From Sphyrna mokarran (Eukaryota), in NCBI GenBank assembly GCA_024679065.1, contig JAGIQG010000008.1:50096001-50160000 (forward strand): a DNA stretch of 64,000 nucleotides. Reading direction: 5' to 3'. Positions 50,356 to 63,632 of this stretch are shown here, piece by piece (within the stretch, counting starts at the first letter, position 1; each line of letters starts with the position of its first letter). A model generated the notes under the pieces. The model did not search any database and was not told where the DNA came from. It worked only from the letters and a program-made list of their open reading frames with translations. The translations under genes were made by a program, and so were the position numbers.

Positions 50356-50969
50356 CTGAAGCGACAGAGAGAGTCTGCCTTTCGTGGCGGAAGATTATAA
50401 ATAATATTGCGCTCAGTAATATGGAACAGCCGTTGTTTTTTTTAAACAAGAATCTGCTGGTGAAGCTGATAAGAAGCTCATTCTATTAATTTCCTTATCA
50501 AATCGGGAGAAGAACAAGACACCCCTCCCAAATTAACAACTTTGATTTATGTTGCCATTTGGAGCTGGGGAAAGATTCCACAGCAACTTGTAATTGTGGT
50601 CCATATAAAAGGTGCTGTATCGGGTAACCAGTTTTTAATTCAATCTGACAATTAGATTCACAAAAGTAGAGGTCAGTCTGGTTTTTGTGAGATGCAGTGG
50701 CCTCATTTATCTCAAAGTGACCCCTTGAAAAAAAATGTAACTTTGTACCGGAGCTCAGATACAGCATTATTTGGATCTTTATTAACCCATCTTGGCCTGT
50801 AAAGCGTAAGTCCAGATAATGAACACTTGTCCAATCTAACAAACACTTTTACACGCCCTGAAAAACTGTTTCTTTCCTTACAGGATGAGACGTCCTATTT
50901 TTGGATGCCATAGGAATGTACATTAATTGACATGGAAAAGAGCAATTCCTGGACACAACTTCAAATTAA

Positions 50970-51150
50970 ATTAGAATCATAGAATCCCATCAGTGCAGAA
51001 AGAGGCCATTCGATTCACCGAGCCTGAACTGACAACAATTCAACCCAGGGCCTATCCCTGTAACCTCACATACTTACCCTACTAGTCCCCCTGACACGGA
51101 AGCAATTTAGCATGACCAATCAACCTAACCTGCTCATCTTTGTGACTATA
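50970..51150 (-). mobile_element. HE1 V-SINE 3' half
   Basis: TAGAATCATAGAATCCC..CAACCTAACCTGC on +. Confidence 0.8.
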
Positions 51151-51554
51151 GGTAAAACAGTACAGGGTCAAATCTCACAAAAATATGCAATAAATTGGCA
51201 ACAGAACTGAGATGAAATAAAGAGAATTTGTCACTTTACACACTGAGCTGTTAAGATCCGCAATGCAGTGTCTGAAAGAGTGGTGTAACGTTCAGAAGAA
51301 AATTGGTTGCTTGCTTAAAGAGGAGAACATTACAGGGTTAGGGACAAAGAGGGTGGGAATGGAACAATTTAGATGGCTCCCTTCTGAGTTTCACAGCTCA
51401 GTTGTTTCTGGCTGATTGAGGTAAAAATAATTCTGGAATCTAAATATGGTTGACTTGAGGGGGTGTGATGAGAGGTTGCTACTGTAAATTTGTGCTGGAA
51501 GGATAAGTTAGAGTTGGCTGAATCATTTTCAGTTGTACCCAAGCTTGTGATGGT

Positions 51555-51725
51555 TCTGACAGCATCTGTGAAGGAAGAATAGAGCCAAAGTTTCAAGTTA
51601 GGATTATGAAAGGTCATCCTGAATTGAAATGTTGGCTCTATTCTCTCTCCATAGATACTGATTCCTCCAGCATTTTTCATTTTTGTTTCTGATTCCAGCA
51701 TTCACAGTATTTTGCCTTTATCTTG
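51555..51725 (+). mobile_element. Penelope-type inverted repeat
   Basis: ~45-bp arms 51560-51604 and 51616-51660, plus the shared tail; residual ATGAAAGGTCATC..GAAATGTT core. Confidence 0.7.
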
Positions 51726-53217
51726 TGATAGTTCTATTCTTTTCCCCATCTTGGGTAATTCCTGGAGGCAACGGGCCAATGATCTGAAATCAGCCTTGAG
51801 AAAAGGGGGTTACAGCAATTGGATTAACTCTCTGACTAATTCCTTTTACTTTTTTTTAGGAAGTTTTTAATCTTGGCTCAGTATCTGATGCAGTTCGGGT
51901 AGGGATCAAAGAGTGGAGTTTTGTGTTGGAGAATGCACCCCATTCCATGAACAACTAAGTGTGTTAAACACTAGCTGATGTGAGCCACAAATCGTAGACC
52001 CTGGTTCTCATTTGTTGTTTTATTAGTTAATATTCATAGGCTGTGCTTTCTCTTCTCCATTCATCAAAGTCAATGACATGAGATGTCCACAGCTACAGGA
52101 CAGGGAACATATGCAGCTGTCCTGCACAGATGACCCAGACTCCATCTGTTTTCTTCCAGATTCAGTCCTGTGCTCAACTCCCCTACTTCTGGAATCTTAA
52201 CTCCTGACTGAGTAGATTATCAAAGCTCTTTAAAGTGCTGAAAGGCTTTGGTGATGTGGATATCAGCAGCTACAATAGAGTACCAGTACACAAAACCGCC
52301 AAGTACCAGGAAAGATTAGGGATTAGAGATACAAAAAAACCTTCTACGAAACTCTGTGCAATATATCTCAGAGTACAGCCAAGTCATCTTAAAAGGAAGC
52401 TTGAAGAATATTTGGTCAACAATTTGATTGAAATTTTAAGTGTAGATCATCAGATATGTTGTGGACATTGTGGCTTCAGCTCTGTTGGGATCAAGGAAAG
52501 GTTATTTATTGAAGACAACCAGACAGGGTTGAATAATACCATCTGTAGTGTTAAATTCCATAGCCTGAGCTCTTGCTCAATTACATTCAGGTCAAGGAGA
52601 AATTTTAGAGTTTTGTCATTTTGACATTATTGCCTTTAAAGTTTTATCTGTGCTTATCCAGCTGCCTCAGGAGATTAAATATATGGATATATGGCTTGAT
52701 TCACCATTCAAGTCACATACAGTTTGCGAGAAGAAGTAGAATAATGGACTAGTGACGCCTTTTCATTCCTTACATTGTATTGTTAATAAATGAAAAGATA
52801 AACAAAGGATATAGAATGTAGATTAGCTATAAGATCAGATTTGCCCGACATCTTTACTAATTTATGGTGATCCTTTAGTTCACTTGTTAGGTTACAGCAG
52901 CAGTGACTTTGATTCCATTCTGCAGTGACCATTTTCTCTCTCTCCTAGTTAAAACTTCACTGATGATTCTTTCTTTGTCAGTCTATACTGTTAGCATGTG
53001 TCCACCTTCCCTGCTCACATCTGCACGAAGGTAAGAGCAAACCAGTGAGTTTGTTCCCACTAGCACCTTCTCAAAAACAATGGAATGTCTGCTCTGTTAT
53101 GCATCTCGCTACATGTACCAACATAATCAAGTCAATTTAACTTTGATTAGGGATTGAATTTGGGACTCTTCTGGCCTGTATGTCTTGGTACTCACTGCAT
53201 AATACATGTCAGAGATA

Positions 53218-53375
53218 CACGGGTTAGGTTGATTGGCCGTACTAAATTGCCCCTAGTGTCAGGGGGACTGGCAGGGTAAATACGTGGAGTTGCAGGATTG
53301 GGACCTAGATGGAATTGTTGTTAGTATGGGCTTGATGGGCCGAAATGACCTCCCACTGCACTGTAGGGATTATAT
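53218..53375 (+). mobile_element. HE1 V-SINE 3' half
   Basis: GGTTAGGTTGATTGGCC..GATGGGCCGAAATGACCTCC..CACTGTAGGGATT. Confidence 0.8.
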
Positions 53376-55409
53376 GATTTACAGTAAGCTAGGAGGGAAT
53401 TGGCAAGTTTCTGTGACTTCCGTGAAATTGACAGTATAAAGAAACACACGAGAGCATAAAATACAGAATTCTGCTTATGAGATTTCAGCTGCAAAAGAAT
53501 AGCAGTGTGCTGTAACTTGAATTGTTCCTTGTGCACACTACTATTACACGATTAGCTTTCAGTGATGTGAACCCTCTGTCCGTAAATTGTTTGTCTCTAT
53601 GTTTACACAGCTTTTACTCAGACTCAATTATAGGCAAAGGATTCTTTCAGAAAATAGGAGGGATCAAGAACTGTAACCGAAACAATGAAGCCGGCATCTT
53701 TGACTAAGGCTTAATTATATATTCATAAAGCATTGAGAGTAGCTGGTTACTGCAACTGACATGGAGTAATCTGATTTTGCAGTTCATCTAAGGGCCTGTA
53801 TGTCTTTGAAGTCTAAACTAATTGTAAATGGATGTCATTTTCACCCTGGAAAAAGGAGCTATTGTGATTTAAAGGGAAGTTGTTTTCACTTGGCGTTATT
53901 AGATTCAGACACATCTCAAATTGAAACATAGCCGCACTTACAGAAAAGCAATGAATGAGTGAAGGGGGACATTACATTGCTTTAAGACATTTTTCATTAA
54001 AATATCTTATGGGATGTACAATGTGTTTTGCAGCATCAAGTAGAATTAGTTAATACCCATAGGTCCTGTGCTAGTTTGTTAAAGGTAGATTCAACTTTAC
54101 TTTTGCTCATGAACATCTTATCCTACAGCAAATATAGATCAGCCCTAATTTTAGCAAGCAGTGAATTGTTTAGCAAAATGTTTCTGGAATGGCCAATCCC
54201 ATTATGAACCATAAAATTCATTTACTGTCTACTCTGAATATTAATCACTTACAGCATTCCAAGTCATTTACTGACAAAATTCCTCAGTAAAACCATTCCT
54301 CATGTAAAAATTAAGGTGGTTTCCTTCGGAAATTATTCGTCACAAAGAAATGGCCCTTCAGTCAAACATCTTTATTTTGTAATGTATTTTATAATCTGCT
54401 GAAGGTTAATTGGTCTTTCAACTATTCCCTGAGGAACACAAAGTAACCTTACAGTCAGAAGCAACTACTTATATTGAAGTTGAGGACAGCGGAGAATGCA
54501 TCACCATGAATCCATTAATTGGCATCAAGTTAGACTAGCAAAGCTGTTTTTCAAAACTTAGGTAGAATTTTAAAGATGCCCAAAAATTGAGACTTGGCAA
54601 GAAATGGCATTTAAGTGAACACTGATAGATGAAAGAGTGGGTTTCCCACACAAAGCCCAGCATCCCTCCCTCCCCTACTCCCAACATATACCTCAGAACC
54701 TGCCTTTGAGGGATTGTAAAGTTCTGCGCTTAAGCAATGGCCCATAAACTCCAGGTTCCAGCCATCATACGAGGGTTTGGGGGCTGGATAGTTGCAGGGG
54801 AAGGGGGAGGACATAAAAGATCTGTTGTGGAACAATCCTCCATCCCAGAACCCAGAATACCCCAGGGTAAGGATTCCATGGCAATTACCCAATAAGTTTA
54901 TTGAACAAATCCCCAGCACTGGTAACCAGCTGAAATTATGACTTAAATCACAGGCTTTGGATGGCTCTGATTGTCTTCCAGCAATAATTGCCCAGAAAAA
55001 TTTAGACTACTTTTAGGTTCTAGCTAACTAAAGCACTGACCCACCACCTTGACTGCCCATGTGACGTCCCTCTCTCAGCCCCAGATGCTCCATATGGCCC
55101 CTGACTACTCACCCTACCCGATTTAAACTACCACCGTAACCTCCAAATAGGGCCCCCTCCCCCTTCTCGAACCTCCACAGGATCCCCTGCATATTACACA
55201 CATTCCCAACCTATTAGTCCTGAAAGCGCCTGCAGGATTCCCCCATGCCTCCAACCCTCACAGAATGCCTGCTCCCCCAAAAGGTTTCCACTCACCCTCC
55301 ACAGAAACTTCCCCTCCACCTGCACCTGCCACAAACTCCTCCTGTCCCACTGAATCCTCCTCAGACCCCTGTGATCCCTCCATGGTCTCCCAGACATCAC
55401 CTCATCTGT

Positions 55410-56703
55410 CTGAGGCATTCAAGTCAGATGACATTGACCTATACAAGAAAGCCAGATACCATCTAAGGAGAGCCACCAAAGATGCCAAAAGACAATACCA
55501 GACCAAGCTAGAGTCCCAGACTAACCACACCAACCACTGCTGACTATGGTAATATCTGCAACACATAACAGGATACAAGATGAAGGCATATAAAATCAGC
55601 TCCAACATGCCCTCCCTGATGAGCTCATTGCATTCTACACCTATTTTGAGCAAGAGGTCAGTGAGAGCATGCCCTCCACCCTGGAAGCCCTGGATGAACC
55701 GGCATCTAGAGTCACCATTGCAGATATCAGAGCAGCTTTCTTGAAGGTCAACCCATGGAAAGCAACTGGCCCGGATGGGGGTACTCGGACGTGCACTCTG
55801 ATCCTGTGTGGATCAGCTAGCGGAGGTATTCACAGACATCTTCAACCTCTCTTTATAATAATCTGACATCCCTACCTGCTTCAAGAAGATGACCATCATC
55901 CTGATATCTAAGAAAAACCAAACAGTGTGCCTTAATGTCTATCAACCAGTAGCTATCCATCATTATGAAGTGCTTCTAAAGGTTAGTCATGGCATCAATT
56001 AATTCCAGCCTCCTGGACTACGTGGATCCATTACAGTTTGGCTAGTGCCACAATAGATCCACAGCAAATGCCATTTCCCTGGCCCTGGCCCAGTGTAATT
56101 AAGGACTCCATACACCCTGGACATTCTTTCTTCTATCTTCTTCCTTCAGAAAAAGATAAAAAAGTTTCTCAGAAGACTAAGGAAATTTGGCATGTCAACT
56201 ATGACTCTCACTAATTTTTACAGAAGCACCATAGAAAGCATTCTCTCTAGTTGTATCACAGCTTGGTATGGCTCCTGCTTTGCCCAAGGAACTACAAAAG
56301 ATTGTGAATGTAGCCCAATTCATCACACAAACCAGCCACCCATTCACTAACTCTTTCTACACTTTCCGCTGCCTCAGCAAAGCGGTCAGCGTAATTAAGG
56401 ACCCCATGCACCCTGGACATTCTCTCTTCTACCTTCTTCCTTCAGAAAATGATATAAAAGTCTGAGGTCATATATCAACAGACTCAGAAACAACTTCTGC
56501 CCTGCTGTGTCAGACTTTTGAATGGATTAACCTAGCATTAAGTTGATTTTCCTCTTCACCCTAGCTTATAACCGGAATACTACATTCTGCATTCTCTCAT
56601 TTCTTTGCCTATGAAGTGTATGTTTTATCTGTATAGAGCGCAAGAAACAATACCTTTCATTGTATGTTAATACATGTGACTATAATAAATCAATTCAAAT
56701 CAA
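55410..56703 (+). mobile_element. Rex1/Babar LINE with internal deletion
   Basis: LYKKARYHLRRATKDAKRQYQTKLE, KVNPWKATGPDG, CFKKMTIILI, LDPLQF-like motif, FLRRLRKFGM; AATAAATCAATTCAAATC tail. Confidence 0.92.
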
Positions 56704-56704
56704 A

Positions 56705-57310
56705 ACCTCCTTGCCTACCCTCATAACCTCATTATAAGATCAGCACCCTCCCTTCATCCCCGCTGACTGTATGATCCATCCCCACTGGCCATAATCCCCA
56801 TTGAGTGCCCAAACCCCCAAAATGATCCCTGATTGACTACCAACTCCCTGAAAATGATTACCCCACCCAACCATACCATTGATCACAACCCCATTATTAC
56901 TTCTTGATTCCCCCCACTGACAAATGCCGCCAATAACCACCTGACCACTCCCCACTGATTACCCATCTCACTGACCACAACCCCATTATTACTTCTTGAT
57001 CCCCACTATTGAACAACCACCCACTGACCACATCCCCATTGACTCCCCATTGCCCCACTGACCACCCATCTCATGACCACATCCCCATCTTTACATCTGG
57101 ACCCCACCACAGATCAACCACGCACTGACCACCTGACCCCTCCACTGACCATATCCCCTCTGACCACCCAGCCCCACTGACCAGCCCTCACTGACCACTC
57201 AATCACCCAGCAACAATTCATACTGACTACTCAATCCCCATTAACAACTCTCCATCTCTGACCCATCCTTCCTCTCAACACCTCCTGACCCACCCTGCAC
57301 CTATCCCTCA
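56705..57310. repeat. Degenerate CCCCACTGACCAC-type minisatellite / low-complexity tract
   Basis: Recurrent CCACTGACCAC; ~35-bp direct duplication CACAACCCCATTATTACTTCTTGAT at ~56884 and ~56975. Confidence 0.75.
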
Positions 57311-57321
57311 CCCCCAGTTGG

Positions 57322-57462
57322 ACAGTCATAGAGGTTTACAGCATGGAAACATGCCCTTCAGCCAAACTTACCCATGCTGCCTTTTTTTTAAAACTTCTAA
57401 GGTAATCCCAATTGCCCACATTTGGCCCATATCCTCTATATCCATTGTACCCATGTAACTAA
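57322..57462 (-). mobile_element. CR1 3' tail, same family as 7380-7503
   Basis: Reverse complement of the 7380-7503 tail. Confidence 0.85.
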
Positions 57463-57859
57463 TAGAGTCATAGAATCCTGCCAGCTTACCTTCTCCTCAG
57501 CTGCCTGACTTGGCTGGATCTTAAATCTACCAGCAGGTACTGTAAAAAAGAGAGCATGGCTTCCTTATCTCTAACTCTTCTGCCCTTGACCTAGGGTCAC
57601 AGCAAACCACTACACTGCATTGTTCCTGCCTAACTTGAGAAGGAAAGTCAGGTGAGAAAGGAGCAGCTTCATTTTTGGGTTAGTGCAAAGATCTTGTGCC
57701 TTTATTTTATACCTTCTTTCTGGTGAAGGGTGATTTATATTCAATTCTGATTATGATGCTAAATTGTCTACCACCAGCAATCCACCCATTGATTCTGCAG
57801 AAGATTCTCTTAATTATTAATTCTCCTAATAATTAAAAGTTTTAATCTGGGCTAATGCC

Positions 57860-58583
57860 CAGATTATTGATATTCTTAGAGTTTTTCTCTGGAGTCTTTA
57901 GTGTAGGGTTTGATTAGGTTGATTGGCAAGAAGAAATTCATGAGAGGGTGGAGCTAGGCTTAGAGAGAAAACAAGCAGGCATTTGCAGTTGGAATTTGAA
58001 AAGAGCAGTAGCTCATCTCTCTCTCTCTCTCTCTCTCTAGACATTGAATTCTGGGGACCTACTAGAAAATAAGTATTTCTGCAGAAGTCTGCAAAAAATA
58101 AGAGATGTTTTTCCCTCTCTTGCATTGGAGTTCTGCTGTGTGAAGACAGATTTTCCTCTGAAGGCCACTGTTTGGGAGTCAGAAGATGGATGTCTCTCTG
58201 TATCTCTGTCCAGAGAGGTTAATAGGCTGGAAGACTAGGAATTCAAATAAGCCTGTGTGTCTTGCTAACTGATTTGGAAGAGAGGTTTACATCTGTAAGA
58301 TATTGCTTGAAATAGAACTCGTAGAACTAGCCAGCAGTTAAGAATTATACCTTGTTTTATTTAAGTATTTAAATTGGTGAAAGATATGCTTATTATTTTT
58401 TGTTATATTTTAAGTCTATTGTTAAATAAAGTTTGTTTTAATAATAGCTTCCTGGCAGATCAAAAGAATCATATCTGAAGCAGAGGACATTTTGCTCTCA
58501 ATAATGCCAAAATCAAAAAAAAAAATGGGGGTCTAGGCCAACTTCATAATATGTTTTGGAGTTTCTGGTCTGGTCCCTTATAT
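57860..58583 (+). mobile_element. Putative solo LTR (Gypsy-like)
   Basis: GGGTGGAGCT and ATTGG promoter-like motifs, (CT)n at ~58016-58038, AATAAA at ~58425, end GGAGTTTCTGGTCTGGTCCCTTATA. No clear TG..CA termini or TSD seen. Confidence 0.45.
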
Positions 58584-59849
58584 TTAACTAGAAGTAGAGT
58601 GGCAATCTGATTTGGACCCCATACCATGGAAATTACAGCCCAATGATTTTCAGCATAACATTAACCTTTGCCCTCTGTGTTGTGTGGCAGAGGAAAAGAA
58701 GCAACAATGAGCTGTAACTTCCTGGCTCCCCAGCGATGGATTTGGTGGGGGCGGGGGGGGGGGCAGGGGATGTATCCCAAAATTGTGATGAAGAATCCTT
58801 CTGGGAAGTTCCCAAATAAGGTTTTACCTGGCAATTGTACAGAAACATGCACTTCTCTTAGCCAATTGTGCTGCACTGGGAATCATCTGACAAAATGATT
58901 TAAGTCACTAACTTTGGATGGTTCTGCCAGTTTTATGCTGATAGTTGCTCTTAAAAAAAAAATAAAATCACTATGTTTGACACCCGTACCACCTCCGATG
59001 TCCAAACCCACAACCCACCTCCCTTAATATCTGACTGTCCCCCAGCTCAATGTCCAAAACTCCTCCCTCCTGAGTAGAACTGCTCACACCCCACAGTCTG
59101 AACTCCCTACCACTCCCCAACCTCCAAATCCTATCCACTTACTGAAGACAGTCACCTTCTTACTGGCCTGTTGCTTTCAGTGGGTCTCCTGCACTCACCT
59201 AATTCCATAAGAAACAGGAATGGGAGTAGACTGTTCGGCCTCTCGAGCCGGCTGCACCGTTTAGTGGGATTCTGGCTGATCCTGCCTTTTGGAGGCCAGC
59301 ACTATAAAAATGGGACATGTCCTCCTTCACTGTGATTCTTTTGAACTCTGAAGCAGGATCCTGGGACTGGCTGTGCTGCCTGAATCGCATCCTCCAGGAA
59401 TGTTGGTGAGATGGACACTGAAGAAATTTAGTGCAGCTAAGTAGGTATAGAATGGTAGTCTGAAGCTGATTGCCATTCTGAGGAAGTTATGGCCGAACAT
59501 CTTCCTCTGGACATTGCACCTTGAATTGTGATTACCTTCAGATCATCAAAGCTGCCTAGTTGACAGGGAGATGGAGATAGTTAAAGAGATTAAGGGCTGA
59601 CTTTGATGTTTTGATTTACTTACCACATAAGTATTCAGCAATGGGCCAAGAGTTCAGAACTTTAAGCAATGGGTTTCTCAGTGGCTTTGTAACTAAGCCA
59701 CAGCATTAATTTTCCACTTCTTCACCAAGTAAGTCAAGTGGATATGATGATGATCCAGAGCTGACTGCTGGAAGGGACCCAGTGTGTGTCAGAATGGGAG
59801 TGTCAGTTTAGCTGGAACCAGCCTGAATGAATGTGTTCTGGGTCACCCT

Positions 59850-60600
59850 GGCCGCCCTGCTCCACCTGCAATAATCAGCCTCATCTCCTCTGGGTTCTAC
59901 TCCTCTCGGCTGTGCTTTCTTGTGCAAGGTGCATTGCACCCGTATCACTGTTTCTGTTGGATACTTTTAGGGGCCCCAGATCTGTCTAGCCATCCAAATG
60001 TCATCTTTTTGTTCAATGATCACTCTCGTGCTCATGTGACATTGGCTTGGGAATCAGTGATAGGGTTTCTATCCAATATCATTAACCATCATTACTTGTA
60101 GTCATTGTTGCTATGAAGCCATTCAGACTCTGCCTGGAGATACGAATATTTGTGCGTGTGGGATACTTGCCTGATATAAGACAAAAATAGCTTCCCAGAT
60201 ATCTGGTCTATTTTGAAGACGGTTTTCTTCCCAGAGGCTGCATACATCAACAACTCCCTGGTGGGAAAGTGTGAACCTTCCAAGATACTGGAGCTCAGTC
60301 ATGTCAAGAAAGATGATTCACGGCCTGTACACCCAGTGTTAAGGGGGATTGCCTCCTGTGTTCAGTCCCTCTGTATGGTGGGGCAGAAGGTTCTTGCGAC
60401 AGTGTTGCAGGCCATTGGTGTTACTCATGTTACTCCCCTTGTTCCGTAACAGAGCTCCAAGACAGAGCTGCAGCAGCTGTTAAGAAATCTGACAGCTGGG
60501 AAGTGACAATAAAAGGCAGAAAAACTCCAAAAGAGTGAAAATGACTTCAAATCTTTAAATTCACTCCTATAATAGTGAAAGCACACTCAAAACAAATCCT
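59850..60600 (-). pseudogene. Harbinger #3 transposase remnant, internally deleted
   Basis: Minus-strand translation HWVYRP*IIFLDMTELQYLGRFTLSHQGVVDVCSLWEE (~60230-60340) and HMSTRVIIEQ..KMTFGWLDRSGG..CTLH (~59920-60040). Confidence 0.8.
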
Positions 60601-60794
60601 GTGAGCAGAAGTCCTTCACTTAAGCAAATAAACTGTTTCCATATCTTAATATTTGTGAATTTTCCAGTCATAAGCTCAGGCCCATTCATCCCCACTGTCT
60701 TCCTGACTTGTTCCAGGAAACCAATAGAAACACATCAGCTGACAGTTAACCAGATTTAAATGTACACAGTTTCCTATTAACATGTATGAATACA

Positions 60795-61670
60795 CGACAT
60801 AGGAGCAGGAGTAGGCCACTTGGCCCCTCAAGCCTACCCTACTATTCCATAACATCATGACTGATCTGATTGTAACCTCAACTCCACATTCCTATCTACC
60901 CCATATAACCTTTCACCCACTTGTTAATCAAGACCCTGTCTAGCTCTCCCTTAAAATATTCAAAGACTCTGCTTCCACTGCTTTTTGAGGAAGTGAACTC
61001 CAAAGACTCACAGCCCTCTGAGTGAAAAGATTCTCTCTCTTAAGCAAACCGTCCCTACTTTTAATAAATTACCTCTTGTTCTAGATTTTCCGACAAGACA
61101 TTTGTCAATATCCCTCATGTTTTTAAAGGTTTCAAATCAAGTTGCCTTTTACTCTTCTGAACTCTAGTGGATACAAACCCACTCTTTCCAACCTTTCCCC
61201 ATAAGATGTCCAAAGATGTGGAGGTTAGATCAATTGGCCATGTTAAATTGACCCTAGTGTCAGGGATTAATGGGGTAAATGTGTGGTGTTATGTGAATAG
61301 GTCTGGGTGAGATTGTGGTCAGTGCAGATTTGATGGGCTGAATGGCCTCCTTCTGCACTGTAGGGATTCTATGATTCTAAGACAACAATCCATTCCTGGA
61401 ATTAATCCAGTAAACCTTCTCTGAACTGCTTCTAACATTTACATCTTTCCTTAAATAAGGAGACCAATACTGTACACAATATTGCATTTGGAATAGCCAG
61501 TGCCCTGTAAAGAATGTCCTCTCTATATTTGTAATCAATCCCTTTCACAATAAATGATAACATTCCATGCACTTTCCTAATCACTTGTTTTACCTGCATA
61601 TTAACCCTCTGTAATTCACACACTAGCACATCTAGATCCCTCCGCACTTCAGGGCTCTCTCACCATTTTG
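60795..61670 (-). mobile_element. Old CR1 with HE1 3' half inserted (61207-61380, +)
   Basis: RDLDVLV..QVKQVIRKVHGML remnant; CATAGGAGCAGGAGTAGGCC tail; TAAGA on both sides of the SINE piece. Confidence 0.85.
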
Positions 61671-62104
61671 ATAATGAGTTAACAGCAAACCTACCAGTTC
61701 CACTGGGTTTCCCTCCCACTACCAAATGCACACCATTTATCTGCCGGGATGGGGGTTTCCTGCTGGTTTCTGCCATATGCTGGAGTACATTACTTTTTCA
61801 ATATATCACCTACACCAAAACCTGCTCACATGAGCAGGTTAAAACTCTGTCCCCCCCTCCCACCTGAAGCACATTGGGTGGAATTTTGTGACAGTGGAAA
61901 TTTGTAATCCTATCGAATTCAATGAACTTTTGAGCAGCTTGTTGTATTTTGATGCCTCGCCCCTGACATAACAATCCTGGCTGTTAATTTTTCAGCTAGG
62001 TTGTACGTATGGTTCAAAAAAAAAAATGTGCCAATCCTGATATTAGGTAGACTTCACTTGCTTTCAAAAATCCCAAGTGGTTGCTCAGTAGTTTGCAGAC
62101 CTGT

Positions 62105-62242
62105 AAGCTGGGATTCTCTGATCTTGCACACCCCACAACCGGTGACAGCAAGAATGGAAAATTTGATTCTCAGCCAAATCTCCATTCACTGAAGCGGGAC
62201 AGGAGAATTCCAGCTGTGGCGTGGGGTTGGAGAATTTGGCCA
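62105..62242. mobile_element. Short MITE
   Basis: GCTGGGATTCTC..GGAGAATTCCAGC..GGAGAATTTGGCC; shares AAATCTCCATTCACTG with 17740-17755. Confidence 0.55.
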
Positions 62243-63299
62243 TGAGCATTAATTGAAGTGTGAATTGAATTGTGCATTTAATTCAGCTTGAATGAATTTT
62301 AAAAGGTATCAGTATATATCACAATTCTTATTGCAGAAGCTGTAAACGTTGAAGCAAAACAAGATTTTAGATACTGTGCATTTGCCTGCACATTAGTATT
62401 CCACTCAACCTTCTGCGTGACATTGTACTTTAATCTGGAGAAATTTGAACAGGACTTTTACTCTGTCATGTGTGTCAAATAATATTGTTGCTTTGTTCAT
62501 GGTTGGTCAACAAGAGATATTGTTAATGTTTCTGTTTTTCTTTAACTCAACTTTCTCCTTAGGTTCAGCTTCATAAATCACTCTTTAAGTGACCTCACAT
62601 GGCCTATGATGCGAAGTATGACTATAACTCTCCAATATCTAGGTGTCTGATACTCAGATCCAGAAATTGAGCAGAGAAATTTGCTATTGTACTCCAGCTT
62701 TTTGGTATGTAACATGCGCCAAATTATAGCTCATGGGGTAGGTATCAAAATGCACTCAGTCCTAAACTCAGACTACAGAATAATGGAGTATATATTTTAA
62801 CACAGGGCACGTAAAAGACGGAGCTTGGCACAAAACAATTTATAGTAATTTATAATCTTGTCTATCTTTTGCAGAATAGCAAAAGAAAAAAAAGTGACTA
62901 TTCTCCTGAGCTACCTATCAGTCTGACCTGACCCTCAAAATTCCAAAACATGATTGCAGATTCAAGTAAGATGAAAAAGATTGCAGGTTCACTTTATGAG
63001 CTCAGGAAGCTCAAGGTATAGCCACAATTAGAAGCCCAGGACATAAGATGTCCATCTAAGGACCACTGCCAATTACTGATCCTGCTCCTTCTGGCATGTT
63101 CGCAACACAGCCATCAATCAAAGTTACAATCCCATGGTGATCTGTGACAGAACCTGGTCAAAAACCACTGAAAACAAGTCAAAGGAAATTATGTTGAACT
63201 AGAATTGTGAAAATAAAGAAGTTGGGATCAGGAGTGGTAGCTGAATGCACTTAGCAAGAAGTTAGATGCATCCATGAGGGAGAGAATGGAGGGCTATGA

Positions 63300-63632
63300 G
63301 CAGCACATTGGCACAGGGGCTAGCACTGCTGCCTCACAGCATCAGGGACTTGGGTTCAACTCCAACTTTGGGTGAAAGTCTCCTTGCGTGGAGTTTGCAC
63401 ATTCTCTCTGTTCCTGCGTAGTTTTTTCCAGGTGCTCTAATTTCCTCCCACAGTCCAAAGATGTATGAGTTAGGTGGATTGGCCATGTTAATTTGTCCTT
63501 TAACGTCAGAGGAACTAGCAGGGTAAATACATGGGGTTACAAGGATAGGTCTCGGGTTGCATAATTGTTGGTGCACGCTCAATAGGCTGAACGGCTTCCT
63601 CCTGCACTGTAGGGATTCTACGATTCTATATT
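63300..63632 (+). mobile_element. HE1-type V-SINE
   Basis: TAGCACTGCTGCCTCACAGC head, GGTTCAACTCC B-box, V-domain, CR1-type tail. Confidence 0.92.

Noticed and set aside
50243-50449. Hydrophobic ORF as a signal-peptide exon
   Set aside because: It starts at TTG, the nearest ATG (50481) is out of frame, and no homologue is recognised. Kept only as the microexon candidate.
52235-52624. 129-aa ORF in unique DNA
   Set aside because: GTG start, no recognisable domain and no convincing splice boundaries; ORFs of this length occur by chance.
56705-57310. CRISPR-like or coding repeat array
   Set aside because: Irregular degenerate C-rich units with no constant repeat-spacer period.
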